Shown: positions 35,025-44,863 of the stretch, one piece after another | Numbering within the stretch: the first letter of the stretch is position 1 | Layout of the letters: each line of letters opens with the position of its first letter | Assembly: GCA_043228905.1 (NCBI GenBank) | Contig: JBHGNT010000008.1 | Coordinates: 4,960,001-5,024,000 of the forward strand | Source: Azolla caroliniana | Lineage: Eukaryota > Plantae > Polypodiophyta | Direction of reading: 5' to 3' | Length of the DNA stretch: 64,000 nucleotides | Notes under the pieces: model-generated | The model's database searches: none | What the model was told of the DNA's origin: nothing | Seen by the model: only the letters and a program-made list of their open reading frames with translations | Position numbers and translations under genes: made by a program

Positions 35025-38000
35025 TGTCGTGCCTTTCGGCTCCGGATCGTTTGCGTGAGTCGGGTGGGAACCACCGAGGTTTTGGACTAGGAGAAAGAAG
35101 AATATGAGATGAGGCTAGTAATGAATAGATTATTAGAAAGAGAGATAGAAATCTCGTGAATCCCACGAGTGTATTGTATTCGATTAATCAATATTTAGAT
35201 AAGAATATGTATTTAGATTGAAAGAAAGATATAAGAAACTTGTGAATCCCACAAGTATAATTATATTATTTTCGTGAATCCCACGATTATATTAATTGGT
35301 TGGTGTTTTCGGAAATATATCCAATTTCCAAATATTTCACACGCCTATTACATTGTGCTCCCCATCCTTATGTAGTGATGGGAGAGACTAAGCATAGCTA
35401 CATGCTTTTTTTCTAATATGTTCATGCACACTAAATATGCATGTGATGCTTTTCTAATCCTTGCTTTTATTTGCTAAATATAGTGCTCATGCACGCTAGA
35501 TGTGCACGAGTCACTTTTTAGTTGCTTGCGTTTTTCTATAAAATATTCACGCACTCTAAAAATGCATGATTTACCTTTTAATAAAGGTAGGCGCAAATAA
35601 AGCACTTATAGTTATTAAATCTATTTATAGAACACTAAAGATAAGGTAGCATAATGGTAAAGTTGATATTCGGCTACGTGGAGGTACAAGGTTCAAATCT
35701 TGCCCTATGCACGTGATAAATATCTTGATATTCTTATTTTATTTATTGGTGATAAATATCTTGATATCCTTATTTTATTTATTTATATGTAATTAAATCG
35801 TTTATATTATTTTTACTTTTTCACGTAGTGTACGAAATACACTACGACACTCGCCCCCTCCGAACCTGCACATCCTCCGGTATGTGCCGAAGTTGCCGAT
35901 GCTCGTTGTCTCCCCTTCATCCTCTGTTTGTCCCGCTATGTCAACTTTGTCTCTCCATTTTGAGTAGACCCATTCTTTCCACCCGAACCATTGTCGCCAT
36001 CCGATCCACCATATTCTTTGTTCTCTCTCGTCATATTCTTGGCCCTTGTCATTCGTGGTAGTGTCTTTTACTGGCCTCTTTCTTGTCTTCATCAACCTTG
36101 ACTTTTTTCCGGATCGCTCTTGTCCGATCGACTTTCGGCTAGGTCGGCTTCCATCCATATTCACGTTCGGCCAAGTCAGACTCAATCGATCGGTTTTGAC
36201 CGAGTCGACCCCTTTTCGGGTCGGCTTTCTTTCGGGTCGTCTTTCGACCGAATCCTCATTCGCCCGGTTCGGCTTTCGTTTGTGTCGTCTTTCGGCCGAA
36301 TTCTCTTCCTTTCGGTTCGGCTTTCTTTCGGGTCGACTTTCGGTCGAATCCTCTTTTACCCGGTTAGGCTTTCTTTCGGATCGGAATCCCGTCCGGATCA
36401 CCTTCCATCCGAACCGGCTTCCGACTTTACCTTTCTTGCCGCCACCTCCCGTCTCTCCGGTCTCACGTTGCTTCTCAGACACAACCGCCGAAGTCTCTAG
36501 ATATTGTTGGCATGAATCCTCGGTATTACCTTCTTTTGTAGTTTCACCCTTAGCATTCTTCTCGGCTATCTCTTCATCGTATTCGTCGGCTTCGACATTC
36601 GTTTTCTCTCCGCCACCTTCCGTCTCTTCGGTCTCACGTTGCCTTTCGATCGCAACCGCCGGAGTCTCTGGAATCAGTGGTGGGGAAGTCTCGATATGGC
36701 AATCCGCCATTGATTCGTCCATAGCCACCTCCGATTCGATTTCGTCTTTTGTGGCTACCTCCTTAATCACATCCGCTTCACACTCTTTATCTGCATCAAT
36801 TATGCAAACATCTATTATGCTTACCCCTTTTTCACCCGATGTTTCAATCACTTGTATTCTGAAATCTTCTTCTACACTTGGGTTATCGGCCTTATCCTTC
36901 GTCGTTGCTCTTTCGCAAGACAAGAGGGTAGCTTGTTTTACACCCTCTTCCGTCGGACCATCATGTTGTATTTCGGCCTTCATATCGGCTCCATCGTTTG
37001 TCTTCAATCGACCATCCTTCATCGGCCATGTCGTTGACAAGATTCTCATCTTCCTCTCATCATGTCTCCGGCATACCCTTTCGACTTTGGCCCAATCCTC
37101 AGTAAGACCGTTCGCACCGTCATCATCTTCGAGTTCGATCCCGATGTCCATCCTTTCTTTTCGATCGATCGATTTTACGAACATTAGGACTTTATCCTCT
37201 CTCACCAATCGTTGTTCTCGCTCCGAGAGTCGAGCAAAACGATTCTCGAACTCTAGGAATGCTTGTGTTGCACTTCGGTGGGTCTTCTCCGATGCCACCC
37301 ATTCGTCGAATTCTCGCCGATCTTTTCCCTTCGATCTCTTGTAATCATATGCCTCTCGTAAAGCTTCTTCGAAGGACCCCCATGTTGGATTTTGTTGCCG
37401 TATCTTGTAGATTCTTTCTTGTAACTCATCCGTGGCTACCCGATTGAAGGATGTCACTTGCAATCCTTCCGGTATCCCACATCGTATCATCTCCGCCTTG
37501 TAGTCACGTAGATAGCGTGACACATCGTTTCCGTTGAATTGTCCGTTTCGTTGTACGAGCCGCTTTACTGCCCCCGTGATCTCCGACATCACTTGTTGTT
37601 CTTGTAGCATCCGCTCGAACATCATCATCATCGTTATGCTCATTGCCTCTTGTTGATTCTCCATCTCCTTGCCACCCGCCTTCACGTCGGGTTCACCAAC
37701 TGTGTCGTGCCTTTCGGCTCCGGATCGTTTGCGTGAGTCGGGTGGGAACCACCGAGGTTTTGGACTAGGAGAAAGAAGAATATGAGATGAGGCTAGTAAT
37801 GAATAGATTATTAGAAAGAGAGATAGAAATCTAGTGAATCCCACGAGTGTATTGTATTCGATTAATCAATATTTAGATAAGAATATGTATTTAGATTGAA
37901 AGAAAGATATAAGAAACTTGTGAATCCCACAAGTATAATTATATTATTTTCGTGAATCCCACGATTATATTAATTGGTTGGTGTTTTCGGAAATATATCC

Positions 38001-38527
38001 AATTTCCAAATATTTCACACGCCTATTACATTGTGCTCCCCATCCTTATGTAGTGATGGGAGAGACTAAGCATAGCTACATGCTTTTTTTCTAATATGTT
38101 CATGCACACTAAATATGCATGTGATGCTTTTCTAATCCTTGCTTTTATTTGCTAAATATAGTGCTCATGCACGCTAGATGTGCACGAGTCACTTTTTAGT
38201 TGCTTGCGTTTTTCTATAAAATATTCACGCACTCTAAAAATGCATGATTTACCTTTTAATAAAGGTAGGCGTAAATAAAGCACTTATAGTTATTAAATCT
38301 ATTTATAGAACACTAAAGATAAGGTAGCATAATGGTAAAGTTGATATTCGGCTACGTGGAGGTACAAGGTTCAAATCTTGCCCTATGCACGTGATAAATA
38401 TCTTGATATTCTTATTTTATTTATTGGTGATAAATATCTTGATATCCTTATTTTATTTATTTATATGTAATTAAATCGTTTATATTATTTTTACTTTTTC
38501 ACGTAGTGTACGAAATACACTACGACA
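35025..38527 (-). mobile_element. Young non-autonomous gag-only Gypsy-type element; 825-bp LTRs (35025-35849, 37703-38527); tRNA-Trp PBS
   Basis: 4-bp TSD ACGT; PBS TGGTGAACCCGACGTGAA complementary to the plant tRNA-Trp 3' end; PPT GGAGGGGGCGAG; only two LTR differences seen. Confidence 0.93.
35802..37664 (-). CDS. Gag-like protein with a long acidic region and basic repeat tail; no pol domains (reading frame is open from 37844 inside the LTR)
   Basis: FNGNDVSRYLRDY..TWGSFEEALREAY gag-like N-terminus; 16-aa repeats RPERKPNR..EDS.ER; ORF spans the whole internal region. Confidence 0.7.
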   Translation of the reverse strand: MENQQEAMSITMMMMFERMLQEQQVMSEITGAVKRLVQRNGQFNGNDVSRYLRDYKAEMIRCGIPEGLQVTSFNRVATDELQERIYKIRQQNPTWGSFEEALREAYDYKRSKGKDRREFDEWVASEKTHRSATQAFLEFENRFARLSEREQRLVREDKVLMFVKSIDRKERMDIGIELEDDDGANGLTEDWAKVERVCRRHDERKMRILSTTWPMKDGRLKTNDGADMKAEIQHDGPTEEGVKQATLLSCERATTKDKADNPSVEEDFRIQVIETSGEKGVSIIDVCIIDADKECEADVIKEVATKDEIESEVAMDESMADCHIETSPPLIPETPAVAIERQRETEETEGGGEKTNVEADEYDEEIAEKNAKGETTKEGNTEDSCQQYLETSAVVSEKQRETGETGGGGKKGKVGSRFGWKVIRTGFRSERKPNRVKEDSTESRPERKPNRKEENSAERRHKRKPNRANEDSVERRPERKPTRKGVDSVKTDRLSLTWPNVNMDGSRPSRKSIGQERSGKKSRLMKTRKRPVKDTTTNDKGQEYDEREQRIWWIGWRQWFGWKEWVYSKWRDKVDIAGQTEDEGETTSIGNFGTYRRMCRFGGGECRSVFRTLREKVKII

Positions 38528-39703
38528 ACGTCCATCGTAACAAGCGGCCCAAGGGGTGAGGTCTATGAATAAGAGAAAGTAAGGGTTGGTGGTCAATCTC
38601 AACCATAACCTACCCACCATGAAGGTATGGGTGAAGACGCTGGAAAGACCAGACGATCGCATGTAGTTCCTTCTAAGTGGTTGAGTAGTTCTGTTCAGCC
38701 GGCGTGAGAGTTCAGCTAATGAAGGCAACCGCCTTCTCTTGCCCGTGGCAATCGGTTTGCAGCAGGACGGCTCCTAACGCATGGTTAGAGGCATCTGTCT
38801 ACAACATAAACAGCTGGTCAAAGTTAGGATGGGCGAGCAACCCTGATTCCTGGACCATTTTTTTGAGGCGATGAAAGTTGTCTTCGCAAGCAGGATCCCA
38901 GACGAATGACACACCTTTCTTCAGGAGATGATGGAGGGGGAAAGTGACCAAGGCGAGGTTCGGGATGAAGCGAAGGGAAAATGTGATCATGCCCAAAAAA
39001 CGTTGCAATATTTTTATTGAGGTGGGCGGGGGTAGTCGGTGATGACAGCTACCTTTGCAGGGTCCATACGGATTCCATCGCTAGAGATGATGAAGCCAAG
39101 AAAACAGAGACTGGTGCTTCCCCATCGACACTTCTTCCATTGGAGTCGCAAGTTATGCTTAGTTATGCAAGCGAGGACTTCAGCGAGAGTTTGTAGATGA
39201 TCCTCCCAAGTGGCAGTGTGGATAAGGATGTCGTCGAGATAAATGAGGAGGACGCCTTTACTGATAAGGCCGGCAAATATGGAGTTTTCCATGCGTTGGA
39301 ATGTGTTGTCGGCATCAGACAGGCCAAACGGCATGCGGGTGAATTGGAACAACCCGCGTCGTGTGCGGAATGCGGTCTTGTGGGTGTCAGACGGCTTTAA
39401 GGGGATCTGCCAATATCCCGAGACCAAGTCAAGGGAGGTGAAATAATGGGAGCCCCCAAGCTAGTCCAAGAGGTCATCCACGTGAGGGAGCAAGTAGAGG
39501 TCATGGATCGTCACTTTGTTGAGAGGCCTAAAGTCGATGTAGAAGCGGAAGGTGCCATCATCCTTCTTGACAAGGTGGGGTTCCAAAACCCAATTGTTGG
39601 TGGAAGGAATGATAATACCTTTGGTGAGCATATCGGTGACGGCAGCATCGATGCGATCGTGGTCGAGGGGGGAACATCAGCGTGTAGCCATGCGGATGGG
39701 AGC

Positions 39704-40158
39704 TGTTACGGGCATGACCATTTAATATCCCGTGGTGAGAATTTACCGTAGTATTCTATACACGTGGATAAGTGTGAGGGTTAAACGAGAGTGTAAGGAA
39801 GGGGAGGATTACTTTTAATCCTCGGGATTGAGACAACCTATTAGGTCAAGTGTGAACTTGCCTGGGGGCCTTGGGTATCGCTATAAATAAGAGGCCTAGC
39901 TACCCTCATTTGATCATCTTTTGACTACATCGAGACTCTGCTCTTGTGGTGGGTCAACTCTTGTAGCGAGCGCGCCAACACCAGGTACGACTCGACGCCA
40001 CGGCGGTGGTATGGGACGCCGATCAAGGCTCGAGTCCATCTCGATCCCTTCGCTCAGGGGTGGTCGGCTGGATTGGCACCCTTCTTTCTCTTTCTCCTTT
40101 CTATCTATCATTTGTTTATCCTTATCTTAAGCTTACTTTAGTACTTAGATTTCTAATA
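39704..40158. mobile_element. Solo LTR (455 bp) inserted in Gypsy pol
   Basis: TGTTA...TAATA termini; 5-bp TSD GGAGC; TATA at ~39882; removal restores TGDAAPIRM. Confidence 0.85.
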
Positions 40159-40757
40159 GGAGCAGCGTCCCCAGTACGAATGAAATGTTATATCGGGAAA
40201 GAGACAGTAGCGGCATGCGTGGGTTGGGGGGGCTAGTGACGGAAAACGAGCTAACATTTGGCGGACGGAGATTAACCACTCCTTGGGATTGAGGGCCACT
40301 CGGACTTGGCTGAGGTGGGGGACATGGGGGCTATCATGTAGGAGGGGGATAGGGGGAGTTTGTGGGACAATCAATTTGTGAGTATCGAAATCAATCATAG
40401 CGCGACGCTTGAGGAGCCAATCGCAACCTAAGGTGAGGGGGAAGAGTTGGTAGGGCAAGACATAAAAGTGGTGTGAGAATGTGAGAGTGCCTAAGGTAAC
40501 AGTGCACTGGGCTTGCGTGCGAGAGTGGTATAGATGTTGGTGATCACCAAAAAGAACTTGGATGGAAGGAGCGGTGGTTGTGGGGAGGCCTAATTGGTGA
40601 ACTAAGGCGGTGCTAATTGAAGAGTTACTACTGCCAGAGTCTAATAGGATGGTGTGTGTGGAGTGATTAATGGTGGCCAGAGTGGTGCATACCTGTGAAC
40701 TAGAAGAGGCAGACGCTTGGATGTGGGGGGCTGGCTCTTCCATCAGTACCCTAGAAG

Positions 40758-41606
40758 TTAGTTTCCCGGAAGCTCAGCCAATGATGTTGCGTCAGCCATG
40801 GTTATCTGGGCTTGTTGCTTGTGAGATTGTTGTTGCAATTTCCGGCAATAACGTCGAACGTGTCCATAATTGTGGCAATAGAAACACTTCTGGCAACCTT
40901 GGGCATCGCGATTAGGAAGGTTCCAACGAGTCTGAATCTGCACATTTTGGACGTCAATGTCCATGGGGGTCGCTCCTTGGTACTGCGTGCGCAAATCGGT
41001 CGATGGTGGAGGGGACCATCGTGGTTGGGAGTCAAATAGCGTACAAGCTTCGATGTGTTGGGCAATGAGGATCGCATCATTGAAGGTCTTGGGACCTTGG
41101 TCCCGGGCATGGCGAGTGATGTCAGGGCGCAGACGGGGCCATAAGAAGAAAAGCTTGACATGCTCGGGCATTGTTGGATCGGCACGGACAAGGAGCTGAT
41201 TTAGGCGAACACCAAATTGGCCTACTGGTTCGTGCACTTGCTGTAGCAACGTCTCGAGTTGTTGCAATGCCATCTGGGCCGAATTTTGATGGGCGAAGTT
41301 TTGCATGAGGAGATCTCGAAGGATCACCCAGTTCTCCGTCACTTCGCTGGCTTGTTGTACGTACCAAATGGCGGCGACATTTTGGAGCAAGGTGTGAACT
41401 TCCAAAGCCTTGCGCTCGTCAGACCATTTGTGGTAACTTGAGATCATCTCAAAGTGATCCAACCATGCTAAGACATCCTCAGAGGGCAAGTCGGAGAAGG
41501 AAAAGCTAGAAGAGAAACAAACACTTTTGGGGAAGGACTTTGGGCTAACCTTGGAATCTGGCCAATCTGGAGACCGATCGTTGGTAGTGGAGAGGAAGGA
41601 GAGCAT
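40758..41606 (-). pseudogene. Gypsy gag (retrotransposon gag domain, PMDID motif, CCHC knuckle); frameshifted near its start
   Basis: ATPMDIDV, CFYCHNYGHVRRYC. Confidence 0.85.
40761..40767 (-). other. -1 ribosomal frameshift slippery site G GGA AAC at the gag/pol junction
   Basis: gag ends CCG GGA AAC TAA; the protease ORF (40743) is in the -1 frame and is open through the site. Confidence 0.75.
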
Positions 41607-42858
41607 AGCTTGGTTCGTGTGGCATTTGAAGCATGGTGTTGGAGAGGACTTGCAGGAGTTGCTCCATTTGGAAGGGGGGTGGCCGCTCAGGAGGTTGCGG
41701 GAACTCAGATTGCATAGGGGTATCGACTTCGATGGCGATGGGAGGGAATTGGGACGCCATGAACGAGGTGATAGTGGCTAAAATTTTACTTCGCTTCTCC
41801 ACCAATTATGTGAAATGCACATAAATGGAATCCAAACCAGCTTGCTTAGCTACTTACTTCCTATTCAATTTATAGTCGTACAAAGGTACCCATTTGGGTT
41901 GGCTTTACTTAGCTACATGCGTCCTTACAAGGGTATGCTAAAAGGGTGGCTCAATGGAACACATGTACACCATAGCATGAAGGCATGCATGCTAAACAAG
42001 GGTATGCTAAAAGGGGCACAAAGGAACACATGCACACCCAACATGAAGGCATGCACTTGCATCCAAGGGACACCACAATATATATATATATATATATCTT
42101 ATGTGTATTGTATGCAGAGTATTCTACAACAATGAACTAGATGAAAAATACAAAGTAGAAGGGAAGAGGTTGATCCCAAACAATGTGTGATGATCACATC
42201 TAATGCATATGATGATCAACACAATTTAGGAAGTGTTGATATTTTGTACACAAACATATCAAGGTATGCAAGTGTAAAGATTGGAAATAGTTGCACAATG
42301 TATGACTTGTATTTTCACATATGTTCATATGCTTCTTTGATTGTTTTTTGAAGTTAATTTGGTTATATTCTTTTTTAGCATGTTCCAAATTGCATGTAGA
42401 AAGTTGCAACACTTTTGCTACCATTCTAAATCCTTTTTGATGAGTTTAATGTGATGAACTTGAAAATGGGGGTCTCAAAACAAACCCAAAACACGATGAG
42501 GAGAAGAGATATGTAGCCAAAACTAAGATTAATTATCATTAATATGTAATCACGAGCACACTAAGGTTTTATTACAAGCTCCTTAGAGCTAACTAAGATT
42601 AAGGGGGGGGGGGGGGGGGAGAGAGAGAGAGAGAGATGTGTAATTACGAAATTGAGGAATGATTAAAAAACAAGGAAGGGGTCCTCTTTATATAGTCTAA
42701 GGGTGGCTATTGGTGTCATGGACATGACAACAGTCATGTCACGATTCAAACTCTTGACCTAATGTATTTAATCGATATGTTTTAACCAATACATCCAATA
42801 CATAATCATGTTGCCTTACTAGATTATTGTAGATTATCTATTCTACATGTAGGATTTT

Positions 42859-42900
42859 AGAAGCTTCTAGAAAGCTCCAGAAGCCAGAACATTCTAGAAG
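42859..42900. promoter_or_regulatory. Heat-shock-element cluster in LTR U3
   Basis: AGAAGCTTCTAGAAA and AGAACATTCTAGAAG both match nGAAnnTTCnnGAAn, about 55-100 bp upstream of the TATA at 42956. Confidence 0.6.
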
Positions 42901-43259
42901 CTTGTACATGAAAATGAGTCTTTGGATGGGGCTACATTTAGAGCCCATAAACATGTATAAATACAGGGGTTCACCTTGGCCTTAGTCAAGGTGAACAACA
43001 CCAGTTACGGAATCATAATTCAGTTCTTGTTCTCTTGACTACTTTCTCTCTCTCTTTCTTATTATCTTGTCTATGATATCTCTCTCACTCTTTTAGTATT
43101 GAGCCTCGTCTACTTGTCCGTGACAGTTTGTTCACCTTCCATCTCCAAAGCCTCATCATTTCGGATTCTACTGAGAACATAAATCAACTATTGGCAGCCA
43201 TGCATCAACTTCAACTTGAAAATGAGAATCTCTCCAGAAACTCCAAGCTAGGACTCCAA

Positions 43260-44095
43260 TGGAATTGGAGAATGAAGTGACGGGAACTACACGCTCCCGA
43301 TATACAACGCTCGGCCACAACCGAGTCTAAGATCAAACACAGAAAACGGGAATGAATGCACGACACAAAAGGAGAGAAGAGTACACAGGATGTTTAACGT
43401 GGAAAACCCTAAGAGGGAAAAACCACGGGAGTCCACAGACTCCAAACTATCACTATATCAAAATGTACAATAGTAGAGCACTGAGGCAACGACCTCGAGC
43501 TTGCTATCTTCGCCACAGGCGGCGATTACAACAGAGGCAACGACCTCTTCCTCTCTCTCTCTCTCTGTACACTGTTACGCGCTCTCAAGTCTTGCACCAA
43601 CAAGAATGACAACAACTCACAATAAGTTTGCCCTAAGTCATATTTATACTAATATGACTTTTCGGCTATTTACAAATATAGCCCCGATGGACTCTCAGAA
43701 GACATATTTACGAATATGTCCCTTCATCCGGTGAGCGCTCCTCACCGGGCCTGCATCATCCGGATCTTGCCGGGCACTCGTCATCCAGTTCTCACCGGGT
43801 CTTCCGTAGTTGGGTACTCCTCATCCGGTTCTCACCAGGTCTTCCGTAGCCAGGTACTCCTCATCCGATTCTCACCGGATCTGCACCATCCGGCTCATGC
43901 CAGGTACTCCACATCCGGTTTCGACCTCGACCGAGTTTGCTCATCAGTACTGTTCTTCTCACTTGCCATCCGGAGAGACCTGTTTTCTAACATGAAGAAC
44001 CCAAGTGCCCTCCTACATCAAGGAATCTCAAATTTGTAGATCTTGGCCCCTCGTCAATCGAGTCGCCACTTCTCGAATATGTAGATCTTGTCCAT
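43260..44095 (-). mobile_element. Copia solo LTR related to the 24886-30394 family, inverted
   Basis: CTCGGCCACAACCGAG, ACGTGGAAAACCCTAAG, CACTGAGGCAACGACCTC and TTTGCCCTAAGTCATATTTATAC are reverse complements of blocks in the intact Copia LTR; boundaries approximate. Confidence 0.8.
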
Positions 44096-44863
44096 GAATG
44101 TATTTAATCGATATGTTTTAACCAGTACATCCAATACATAATCATGTTACCTTACTAGATTATTGTAGATTATCTATTCTACATGTAGGATTTTAGAAAC
44201 TTCCAAAAAGCTCCAAAAGCTAGAACATTCTAGAAGCTTGTGCATGAAAATGAGTCTTTGCATGGGGCTACATTTAGAGCCCATAAACATGTATAAATAC
44301 CGGGGTTCACCTTGGCATTAGTCAAGGTGAACAACACCAGCAACAGAATCATAATTCAGTTCTTATTCTCTTGTCAACTATTTTCTCTCTCTCTTTCTTA
44401 TTATCTTGTCTATGATCTCTCTCACACACTCTCTTAGTATTGAGCCTCGTCTACTTGTCCGTGACAATTGGGTTACCCAAATCGTTATGCCAAGAGATGA
44501 CTCTTAGGCTTCCCAAGCCATTATGCCAAGAACCACTACGCCAAGGTAGGTGTTTCCCTTGTAGCATGGTCTAGAACTCTATTTTCCGTGAGTCCCAACC
44601 CAAAAGTGGTGCCCCTTCTTGGGAACTGGGACTAGAACTAGTGACCAATTCCCTCATTGGGTCCCAACTTAGGTTGGGACTGGTAGCTGTGTGGGATTGT
44701 CCCAACCCAAACGCTTCTTGGGTTATGCTCATGCCAACCCCGTTTTGGGGGTCCTTTGTTTCCATGTGACTCATTTTGGGGTTGGTTTTGGGTTGCCCAT
44801 GTTTAGGGACACCACATTAACAATACCAAGAGAGATTTCCATGGAGTTGCTACGTCTTGGTAT

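Larger units (their letters stand above)
33134..42077 (-). mobile_element. Full-length degenerate Ty3/Gypsy element with 269-bp LTRs (33134-33402, 41809-42077) and two nested insertions
   Basis: TG..CA LTRs; 4-bp TSD ATAT; PBS TGGTGGAGAAGCG (tRNA-Ala-like, one mismatch); PPT AGGGGGGAA; order gag, PR (LLDSGS), RT (YLDDIL), RH, INT (SPYHPQTNGLTER). Confidence 0.93.
42737..44466 (+). mobile_element. Deleted chromovirus: 5' LTR 42737-43125, PBS, gag stub, and a second 5'-truncated LTR ~44097-44466
   Basis: TGTCA..TGACA termini; two colinear LTR copies; PBS GTTTGTTCACCTT; flanks do not give a TSD. Confidence 0.82.

Noticed and set aside
36046-37344. 432-aa plus-strand ORF
   Set aside because: Ser/Phe-rich antisense shadow of the Glu/Lys-rich minus-strand ORF.
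43905-43955. Minus-strand CTGATGA...CGAAA hammerhead-like match
   Set aside because: Stem II does not close and no UH follows stem III; lies in Copia U3 repeats.
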